Assembly: GCA_001179505.1 (NCBI GenBank)
Contig: CDMY01000243.1
Coordinates: 1 to 64,000, forward strand
Source: Vitrella brassicaformis CCMP3155
Lineage: Eukaryota > Protista > Chromerida
DNA length: 64,000 nt
Direction of reading: 5' to 3'
Shown here: positions 11,558 to 21,848 of the stretch, piece by piece
Layout: every line of letters begins with the position of its first letter
How positions within the stretch are numbered: the stretch's first letter is position 1
Notes under the pieces: model-generated
The model's database searches: none
What the model saw: only the letters and a program-made list of their open reading frames with translations
What the model was told of the DNA's origin: nothing
Translations under genes and position numbers: made by a program

Positions 11558-12500
11558 CGGACGCTTGGAATATATATGTGTTGTCCCATCGATCGTCCGT
11601 CCATCCATCGCCTGTCCACCTGTACACACACTGACAGACACATATTAAGCGACTGACTCAAAGATGCAGACAGACAGACTGGCTGAGAGTTCAGCGGAAG
11701 GCAGGCAGGCAGACAGGCAGGCAGCCACAGCAAGCAGAGGAAGGACACAGTAGATAGAGGAGACACAGGGAGGCAGGCAGCCAGCCAGACGTTCCTCTTC
11801 GATCCCGGCCTGCAGGGCCTTGTAGGCTGATTGATGAGCGGAACAAGCAACGAAAACAAGACAGACAGACGGGCAGCAGTCCAGGAAGGGGTAGGTACCA
11901 CACGCACTCACTCTAAGACAACCAACGCCCCTATCGAGCGCTCATACACTTCTTGGATAAACGAACGAAAGCCACACAGACCATTTCGCATCGCCCTAGA
12001 GGTCATGTCATGAGAAGAAAAAAACATCAGACACGACAACGACCCAGCGCACGACTGGCCGACCGACACTCCTGCCCCCTCGCCCCTCCCTGCCTCTCCC
12101 CATCCATCCCACCCCCCGCCACACAAACACACATAAATGATGCACGCAAGCAGTGTGGCTCTTCCCTCTCCGACCAGCCTTCTCCCCACCCCCTTGGGTC
12201 AAAGTCCCGCAGCCACCTCAGTACGTCCCCACACACCTGCCTGCCCAGTTGACAAACGAGACACGCGCACACGCGACGGACGGCCCTCCGAAGCACAAGT
12301 AGTGCTTGATCAAACTCGGGCCGCATTCCCCACGACCGTTTCCCCGCCCCACACGTCCACGCGCCTCACACAATTACAACCACACATTAACACATTAACA
12401 CACAACCACGCCAAGAAAGCCACCGAGGACATGATCGAGCGGGCGAACATGACGAGCGGGCTAAAATGGAGGCACTGGTCATCTTAGCCCGCTCGATCAT
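11518..12500 (-). CDS. Possible small spliced hypothetical protein (3' end uncertain)
   Basis: Canonical GT-AG junctions join in frame as MIERAKMTS...WLSW/RAWTCGAGKRSWGMRPEFDQALLVLRRAVRR/VCGDVLRWLRDFDPRG/AMRNGLCGFRSFIQEVYERSIGALVVL/DLQGPAGRDRRG. No recognisable domain. Confidence 0.35.
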
Positions 12501-12519
12501 TTGCTCAGTGGCTTTCTTG
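12412..12519. repeat. Imperfect 42-bp inverted repeat (hairpin) with 24-nt loop
   Basis: Arms 12412-12453 and 12478-12519 are complementary at 37/42 positions (manual count). Confidence 0.9.
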
Positions 12520-12664
12520 ATCTTTCGTTGTCAGTCAGTCAGTCAACACGAGCCAGGATTGATAAAAGGATACATACAGCACAAACAAACGAATCAATCA
12601 GTCAGTCACCGGCGCGCATCGAGAACAAGGCGCCACCACGAACTCCCACCAGAGCTCTATCTAT

Positions 12665-13608
12665 CTAGTTGACCCATTCTTGTCGCTGCCAGAACTTATC
12701 AGCGTCGGCTATGAAGTCCTGCTGGTTGGCACGCCACTTATCCTGAACACATGAATGAATGAATCACACAGAAGCCCCCAGCGGTGGAGGCGACATCCAC
12801 ACACACATGAGGGTGCCTGTGTATGTGTGTTGGCACAACCAAGGACCGACCTGTGTTGGTTTGTCGAAGTTGGTGTAGAGTGTGCCGTTGACAATGTCCC
12901 ACGCGTCAGGGTCCGTCGACACGTACGCGCCGAAGGTCATGGCGTACGCACACCACCCGCCGTATCTCGGGAGGTACTTGGCGGGGTCGGCGAGGAATGT
13001 GGCCTTGTTCTCCTCTGTTGAAAAGGCGAACTTGGCACCGTGGTGCTCGGCTTCGATCTCGCCAATCTTGCCCGCCACATGCTGCACACAACACACCCCG
13101 CCCATCACATCACACACCGATGGGTGGATGGATGGATGGATGGATGACACACCGGTTCTCTCGCTGGCTCACATTCATCCTGTTGTGTAGGTGTGCTTAC
13201 CGGCGCGTTTTTGTCGTCGAGCGAGAAGTAGGCCACAGGGTCGGCGCCGCTGATGACATAGCCGTTGTCGGCGACATAGTAAGAGGCCTTGCCGCCGCCG
13301 CCCTCGACCACAAACTCCTGGGGCGGCACGGCATCACCCCCACCCAGATGCATCGGCAGCACCACCGCCAAAACTACAGCTGTGTCACACACACGCAGCA
13401 GACACGCAGCGCAATAAACTGAAGTGTCTGTCAGGGCTCCTCTCTCTTGGCCGTGACTCATACCTGCAGCCACAAGAACTGTGAGGGTGACGAACAGGAT
13501 GATCTTTGTTCTCCGAGAGAACTTTTGCTTGAAGGGCGTGGTAGAAGTCTCATCGCTCGTGCCTTTCTCGATGTCCTCGTGACCAACAGTAGTGCCAGGC
13601 GATGACAT
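12665..13608 (-). CDS. YHS-domain protein of the bacterial YHS (seleno)protein type, with N-terminal membrane anchor; 3 introns
   Basis: ISGADPVAYF, FAFSTEENKATFLADPAKYLPRYGGWCAYAM, TDPDAWDIVNGTLYTN, KWRANQQDFIADADKFW; TM segment IILFVTLTVLVAA/AVVLAVVL. Confidence 0.88.
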
Positions 13609-13874
13609 GATGAATGCGACAGATCTGAATAGAATCTGGGCGAAAGGCGGCTCGGAAGAAGGATATGGCACGAAGGACGGATGCACGCTCAGCTGCTCTC
13701 CCTAAACCTGCGCTCCTCGCCAAAAGGGGGAGAAAGAGAGAGCCTCAGAGGAGCTACTTTTGCGGGATTTAGGGCGGGCGTCAAACGCATCAGCTGAGGG
13801 ACCTCTGTGTGAGAGCCTCGTCCATCCATTTCTGGCAACCATGTAAGAAGAGCATCTCCCGCAACAGCCGCCGG

Positions 13875-16800
13875 ATGGAGGTGAGGCCAGACCTGCCGCC
13901 GCTGCCCGCGCGGGGATGGCAGCGCACATTGAGCAGCGGCATCGCCGACCACAATGGATCAGCAGGGGCCGCTCTGAAAGACGCCAACATCGTCGTTCCA
14001 ACGGGGCCTTCAGTGACGCGCAAAGTGGTGGTGCGACGGCCTGCGTATCGCTCCTTTGATGATACCGCTGCGGTGGAGACCTCACCTGAGCGTCGGGAGT
14101 GGGTGCAGAAGGGCGAGCGTGAGAATCTTTCGGGGGGAGATGGTGCGTCGAAGGTCGGCCATGCTGCAGCGACACAGGTACACATGGGTGTGGCCTGTTT
14201 GTCAAAAGTGTTCGTTCGTATGTGTGTCGTGTCGTGTGTGGGGTCAGGTTGGCGAGTCTTTGGACCGCATAGTTTTCATTCACCCTGACAAGCCGCCTGT
14301 CATCTACTCGCACATCGCTCCCGAGGACCGCTACCCCACCACCTCTCCCCTAGCGAGCCTGGTCCCCTCCCGGGCTGCCGACACGTCGGCCACACACATG
14401 CAGTCGCAATACACATCGAAGCCCAAGCCGCCCACACGCCCGGGTGGGAACAACACGACAACACACCCAAGGATGGGGGGAAATGAATCCGTCCGTGTCT
14501 GCTCTGTGTTCGTGGTCATGCAGTCGTGAAGGTCGAGCCCGGTCGGCTGGCCAAGCGTCACGACCCTGTGGCGATGGGTGCTAGGTATCGTCAGGAATGG
14601 CAGAACTTGCCGCGGGTCGTCACGGGGCGTGCGAGGCCCCGACCGGCCACCGACGTTTCACGGCGACTGGGTGAGATGCGGGGCGATGAGGGACGCTTCT
14701 TGTGAGAGTCATGCACTGGCTATGCACGTGTGTGTGTGTGCGTGTGACCTCAGGTTTTGACGATACACATCGTGGCTGATACGATCACCCTGCTGACCGT
14801 AGCTGATAGCAACAGTCGGCGTTGTGCATAATTGTCTATACTTGTTTATTTCCACATGTGCAAGGCAGGCAGCATGCTTCTTTTGGGGGGCTGCAGACAG
14901 ACGGTGTGTGTGGTTTCCTTTGCCCTTTATTGTTTTATCTTTGGTGTGTGCAGTGCATTGGTGTAAGTACCATGTGTGTATATAGACATATACTCGCTCC
15001 GCCCCTGTGCCGGCATGCGTGGACTGAAATGTCGAGTGAGTGGCTGGCTGACGGGCTGTCTGATGCTCTCTCTCCTACTTGTGAACAGACAGACAGGAAG
15101 AGAGGCTGCCTCGCCTCGCGCGTCGCCTGGTGTCCTTCCTGTCTGTGGATGGGATGTCAAGATGGATGGCCGATACGGAAAGGGAGGGAGGGTAACGCGT
15201 CAGTGACCGGGGTGTGACATGCTCATGCTTCATGTGTGGCGGACAGACTCTGTCTGTATTCCAATAAATACTGCCGGAAGAGCCTGGCCAAGAAGATCGC
15301 AGCAGATGATGATCCGCATGCAGAGCAGCCGCAGCCCCCAGACCCCCACCCACCGTCTCCGAGTCCGAGACTCTCCATTGCTTGCTCCTTTTCCTCATGA
15401 TGTATGTAACTGTTGGTCAAGATTCGAGTCCCGGCGATGGGTTTCCTTCAAGCTCAAGCCGGACATTTGTCAGGCGAGGCAAGAGCACGGCCTACCGGAT
15501 GCGCAGGTTCACCCCACTGATGCAGCAGGAGAGAGGCGACGGGACCTACCTTCAACAGCAGCCAGAGAGCTACGCGCTACCCCATGAATGGTACAGGTGA
15601 GAGAAGAGCCTAGAACCCCGCTGATCTGCCGTTCCTCTGTCTGTGTTTGCTTTCGCCAGGCAATGGAGCGCTGCTGTCCCTGTGAGCATCCCCTCGTCTG
15701 CCCCTCCCCCACCTCCCCATCCCGTCACGCCCGCGCCACCTGACGCCTCTCCAGAGCTTCAGGGCGCCACGCTGACTGTCAGCCCTCCTCGGTGGCAGCC
15801 GCCCGTTCCTTCCCCGGCGCCATTGAACTGGGGAGACATTCAGAAGGGCGTCACGGCCCTGTCGTCGCCATCTGTCACGCCGCAGGTCGTGCTGCCGGCT
15901 GGAGGAAGGGATGGCGACACAGCAGGAGAACCAGATGGGGCTGCTCCTGTTGTGACCCACGAGACCGTGAAGCCACAGGTGGGGGAGAAGAAGGTGGTGA
16001 GGCTGAAGAGCACCAAGGGGCGCAAGGGGCTTCGCGAGAGGGCTCCCTACAAGACCCGTATTCCCGCCGATTATGATGGGGGACACTCAGCAGAAGGAGA
16101 GGAAGAGGACTGGGGCCGACTGTCTCCGCAGAATGCCGTCCTGCCGCCTCCGTTTCAACCCCCAGCAGTGACGGCTGTGCAGCCCCCGAAGATCACCGAC
16201 TTGGAGGGTTTGATGTCTCTGCCGACTGTTGTCGTCCCTCCCGAGAAGTTGCTCCCCGAGAGACAGCCATTCAGCGCAAGAGAGCCGCCGGTTGATGTCA
16301 CGGCTGTTAATCATGACGACCGGCCTGTCAGGGGCCCAAAGCAGTGGACGGCGAAGGGCGGGGATGCAATATGGATTCCCCTGACGCCTCCGCAGGTGGA
16401 ATCGAAGGCACACACGGCCAAAAAAGGCAAGGTCACGACGAAGAGGCCAAAGACAGCGTCTTCGATCCTTCAACCTTCAAAGGACGTGAGCCCTTCTTTT
16501 CCATTACAAACCACGCGGAGCAGAATCTCCACTTCTGTCTTTTTTGGCAGGATATCTATGTCAACCGCCTCAAGGCGCTGCGTCTCCACACCGGGGTTCC
16601 CACGCGGAGCCACTCTATCCCTGTGGAGGGCAAGGGCGACAGGGAGGAGCACCCTTTACTCTCACCGCTTCCCAAGGATTTGCCGCAGAGCCGTCTCTGT
16701 GCCTTCCACTCTCAGCCGAAGCGGACGCCCCTCATTTCCCGCCACGAACCGCCCCCAAACGAAGTGAAGCCGGCGCGCCCAGCGACTGCCCCTCTCGGCC

Positions 16801-18581
16801 GATCAGTGTCGGTAGGTGCGCTTGCCAAGAAGTCGAAGGGTCAAGAGCCTCGTGAGCATGTGGTCAAGAGCCCGATACCGTTGACGCCGCCTCGCCGAGA
16901 GCCTGACAAGACGCAGCGAGAGGGGACGCCTGCGGATGGGTTGGCGATGAAGCAGCCTGTTATCTTGAAGGCCCCACCAGTCAAGACCATTGTGGCATCT
17001 TTCGAGGCCAAGGCAAAGCTGTCTTCTGCCAAGGAACTCTCGCCAGGCAAGACCAGCCTCATCATCGATGGCGGCAGCGCCTCACAAGTGACATCCTCCC
17101 ACCCTACCCCTACTAAGCAGAGGGCGATTGTCTCGGCCACCAGAGCACCTACAAAGGCACCCGTGAAGCCGCCATTAGCAGAGCCGCCGCCCAAGATCGA
17201 TCGCAAGACTGCGGCAAGGGAGCGGACAACGGCCTTGCAGAAGGCAGTGGAAGAGCCGCAGAAGCGAGGTGCGTCCCGCACGGATACGCACCCGATACTG
17301 CTGCAGAAAATGTCGAGCGAGAAGCTTGTGGTCTCGAGAGGGGACCAGACACTGAGCGAACACGAGATCCACGCTATGCTCTCGTTTGGAGGTCCGAAGG
17401 CACCTGTGGCTGAGGCGATACCAGCCCATGGACCGCCGCTACACGTGAAGAAACCTGCAGTTCCACTCAAGAGGCCGCCGGCGATCGAAGCCAAGGAGTC
17501 CATCGTCACACCAACGGCACAGGGCATCAGCCTCAAAGTAAAGGCACTAAGAGACCAACAAGCCGGTCTACCGCCGCAGTCAGAGGAATTACTGAAGATT
17601 CCCTCTCCAGCGCGGCCTGGCGAGGATGGCCAAATGGCGCTTCCGAAGCTCGGAGTGGTCTCGTCCCTCCAAGAGAGAATGGCGGCAAAAGCTCGACACG
17701 CCCCATCTGCCATTCACAGGCGGACCCTTCCCGTCAAGCCTCGGTCGTTCATGCCCAAGGCACCATTCCCGATGAGTCCCGCGCAGGAAGAAAAGTTGAG
17801 GGCATGGCTCGAAGAGACAGTGGCGCACCACCTGGCGCAAGTAAATGCCGTCCAAGTGGGCCTCACTCCTGGACAAATGGCAGGATCGCAGGTGCCAAAG
17901 AGTCGGTACAAAGCACCAGCGCCCAACATCGCACGAGTGGAGGCGCGAAGCCCCACAGCTCAGGTCAATGATGTCTCGAAGAACTTCGAGAGCCCGAGGG
18001 ATCAGCTTGTATCGCAGAGTAATGATGGCTCGCGTCCGGCCAGTTCCCAGTCGCCACCGCCTTCGTTGCGACCGTCGTCAGCCAGTGTACATCGACGTGA
18101 GGCGCTGAGCCAACAGAGCCGCGCTACCAAAGACGTGATGGCTGAGGAGGTCAGCGGGGCAGGCGAGAGACAAGGGAGACAGGCATACGTTAATCGTGTC
18201 TTTCTGACTGGCTGCGTCCGTGTATGTCAGCCGGTCGACGAACCTCGTCGCTTCGTGGCTCGTGTGGGCGGGGGTTTCATGAGCTGCTCCACCTTCCTAC
18301 GAGTCGGCACATCACGACCACAAACGCCACAGAGGCAATCACAAGGTCACGTCTCCATAAATTACTTGTGTCTGTCTCATCGTCTGAATGGGCGCCCTGT
18401 GCCCGTGTGTGCAGGTGCCGGCGTTGACGTCGATGTGTATGCTCTGGAGCACGACAGGACCTACCAGCTGACCCGTGACAGCGCCTATACGGCCTGCCTG
18501 GCGCGGCGCGTGGCGCCCCAGACGCTTATCGACGCCGCGCAACAGGCTGAGTTCAGCCAGTCGGTCAAGATAGTTGACTGA
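13875..18581 (+). CDS. Large Pro/Ser/Lys-rich low-complexity hypothetical protein (exon structure uncertain, could be two genes)
   Basis: Long ORFs 15643-16767 and 16344-18581 are joined by a GT-AG intron near 16487-16550. Additional 5' exons lie at about 13875-14650 and 15270-15597. Confidence 0.55.
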
Positions 18582-18838
18582 CGAGCCAAAGTTGGCATCC
18601 ACGTGAGCTGCGATAGCTGCATTTCCACGCGCTCTGCCGTCAGACGACCGCGGTCGAGTGGATCTGTATGTGGTATCCCATTCGTACATCATCCGTTCCC
18701 TGCTTAATTACGAATCCCATTCCGTCCAAAAGAGTCAGATGCGCTTCATGTGTGTCTCATTCAGCATCGTGACCTATCGCCTCTGTGCAAGTGCAAAGCA
18801 ACTCAAGGATGGCTGGCTGGCGTGCGGATCAGAAAGAC

Positions 18839-21259
18839 CTATAGCCTGGCGGCCCGAGTTGCATGAGGGCACAGCTCATAGAACGTCACTTTGCCGTATC
18901 GCTCATCGTGCAGTGCTCTTAGAATGAAGAGAACAATGTAAGGTAACAAGCCGCAGATTAGTGAGGCAGAGGCAGACAGGAGAGTCACCAGCCTGTATTT
19001 CACCACACCGGACTCCTTCTCGCTCCTCAAGATCGGCAGGTTGTGCAGCCGCACAGAAATCTTCAAGACATGACACACACACACGCAGAGACCCATAGAG
19101 ACACGACATTGGAGCCGCTCCCTTTTGATGTGCCTGCCCACCATGAACAGGACGACTTCGCATGCCATCTCGATGGCGACGAGAAGACACAGCCCGCCCA
19201 GCCTCTCGAACAGCCGCGGCAGCGAGGGAGACAGCAGCTGCTCCATCGATATGAGTAACAGATTGATGAAAACCATTAAGAAGCTCTCGGTCTGATTGTA
19301 GGCATGAGTTTGGTCCGCCAATGCACGAAGGTATCGTGGCTTGACGTCGAAGGCGATGAACTATGTGGCACACACACATTCACACACAAAGGAGACTCGT
19401 GTACATACATTGTATAACTGGCTCCATGTGTGGGCTGACATTGGATTGAAGATCGAGTGTCGACGTCATAGACGATACCCTGCTGGCTGACCGGGGCCTT
19501 CGTCGGCCAGCCCTCATGACTTGCTGATAGTGCTGACTGGGCGACCGGCGCGGTGTCTCGGCTGAGCTCAATCGACTCATGGACTTGCGCGATTCCTCCC
19601 AGCTCACTGCTGGCGTGCTGAATGCGTCGCTGCTTGTTGATTCAGCCATCAGATGGGGACAGTCCGCAGCCTTGGGAGCTTTGCATGTCTCAGCCTTTTC
19701 TGCCTCCGGGGTTGACTGGGCATCCCGACTGAGCATTCGGATGATGTTAGCGTGGAGTATGTCAGCATAGGGCACCACCAGATCGCCAAGGAGATCGTAG
19801 AGGGCGAACGAGAAAGACGATATGATCTTGCTGCTAAGATTCTCCATCTTCGCCTGTTGTAAGAAGGGCAGAGACATGAGGTACACACGGCTGTCTGCTG
19901 ATGCATGGTGCGGGCATACATGCCTGGAGTAGCCGCGGCAGGAATAGTGACCCGAAGCCGACGTAGAGCATAATAGCGTAGTTGCGCAGCGGCGGGCCGT
20001 CGCGCATCTTTCTGATTGTTCCACCGGCCACGGCCACCAAAGGCCAGGAGATCAGCAGACACAAAGACGCCACTCGGGCCCTCTCGGTGTCCGTCGTGGC
20101 CGCCTCTGCCTGTTTTACAAAAAGTAGTGACCAGAGCGTTAGGGCGACGACCGAGAGCAGCAGGACGAAGAACATTTGCAGCGCATAGAGCCACCTATGT
20201 TTGACGCCCTCCATGCTTCCCGCAGCACGTCCAAAGAAGCCCAGCCCCACAGCAAAGATCCAGAAGAGGTGCTCGAGCGCCACGAGGACCCAGGTGTAAC
20301 GCTGTCAGCCGACTGTGACTATGAAATAGTACGAGAAGGCGGCCGCCGAGGGCAAGAGGAACACAATCCACGTCTGTCGGAATCGTGCCCACAGCCTACG
20401 CAAGTGCATCCCCTCCACGATAAGTAGCATCCACACAATAGCGGCCACGATCATCACAGAAACCCGCACGTAGTCCACCGCTATGCCGACTCGCGCACTC
20501 TCACTTTGGCAGCTTTTCCAGTATGCAATTAGAATGCCGACCCACGGCAGTGCCATCATAAGGGAAAAGAAGGCTTGGAACAAGACCGCTGTGATAGCAC
20601 GGCGCAGAGATTGAGAGAAGGGCTCTGGCGAAAACCGAGAGCCAGCCACGACCTCCCTCACGTAAACGGTGTCTCCGTCATTTGTCACAGCGGGTTCGTA
20701 AACCAAGTGCGAGGTGAATTCCTCAAAGGCCGCGGGGTACCCTACACATCGGTGCAGCCAAGCAGAGGACTCACCAGGTTTGTACTGTTACCAGATTAGT
20801 GCTGTGTGCCAGAGCTCGTTTCTGTGGCTCACCGGCAGCCTTCTCGAACTCGCTCTTCATGATCAAAATAGCCATCTCCTCAGCCCTCAGTGAGGGCCCC
20901 TCTTCAGAGATGTCCGGAAGAGTGGTCGAATGTGAGCACGTGGGGTGAGTCAGATGCGGCTTCGCCTGCTCCCTGACGGCGCCTTGATGGTTGAAGTCGT
21001 TGCTCTTGCTGAGATGCGGAACTGCGGCCTGCTCGTCTTCTGTCGTGAGCTCTCCTGGCTGAACCCCCTGGCTGCATGGCGGGGGGGTGCAAATGTCTGG
21101 GTTGCTGAAGTCAACGAAGATCTCTGTGTCCCTTCTGAGAGCAGATCCATGGCTCCCCTCAGCTCTGTCGGATGGTTGTGGCTGCACATGGTCTTCTTGA
21201 TCATCGCCGGGGCTGATCGCGTCGCCGGACGGCCTCTTGATCATGTGTTCAGTGTTCAC
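18839..21259 (-). pseudogene. Multi-pass membrane protein, tandem paralog A; in-frame TGA at 20305-20307 (pseudogene or readthrough)
   Basis: Many hydrophobic helices. Shares LPDISEEG, EFEKAAGYPAAFEEF, RFxPEPF, YDLLGDLxVPYADILHA and MEQLLSPSL...IEMACEVVLFMVG with paralog B. Reads ...FIVTVG*QRYTWVLV with no intron at the stop. Confidence 0.7.
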
Positions 21260-21848
21260 TCCTGTCGTGGTAACCTTGGGAATGTCAGAGGAAATTGAAG
21301 ACCCCCTGTTCTCCTTTCGCCAAATTTGGGCGGTGGGGCTCGAGTCAATTTACAAATTCAGATCAATCTCCAGCGAGAAGTATGTATCCTGCTCATTCAC
21401 TCACCGCAAATCATGTCTATCGGACGTCATTTCTCTCCCATACATATCCCATTGCTTTTCTCCGAGTAGGTGTAAGTGTGAGTGTACTTCGCATGTCTGG
21501 GGCAAGTGGCATTCCCCGCGCCTACAAATCAAACATGCACCTATCATCATCTTCTGTGTCTGTGCAGCGCGGCACACACGAAGGTCCCACCGCCCACCTC
21601 GACTGAAAACCCCATATCAATCATCCCGATCACGCGTGCGCTCGGACGAAAAGACAGACATCCGTGTACGCATCCAATATGAATGCGTAATGCAATGCAT
21701 TGCTGGATCCCTTACAGACAGCCATACGTAAGCCAAAACTCAAAGCAGATGCCGACATCCCCCTCGCTCACAGCACGTTAGACCGCTGACACACGTCCAA
21801 AACGTCGTCCATAGCCCCTCAGCTGGCGAGCTATCCGTCTCCATCTTT

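Noticed and set aside
10715-11641. 308-aa minus-strand ORF, and similar long antisense ORFs (16841-17713, 34203-35087, 40998-41717)
   Set aside because: Shadows of GC-rich coding exons on the opposite strand, with no domain features.
12950-12952. Selenocysteine in the YHS protein
   Set aside because: The codon is TGT (Cys), not TGA.
13700-13775. Telo-box-like CCCTAAA and TTTAGGG in the divergent promoter
   Set aside because: Single 7-mers, not seen in the other divergent spacers; chance is sufficient.
20775-20784. Micro-exon as a constitutive coding exon (YKPG)
   Set aside because: The upstream donor is phase 1, so inclusion shifts the frame; the productive frame needs skipping.
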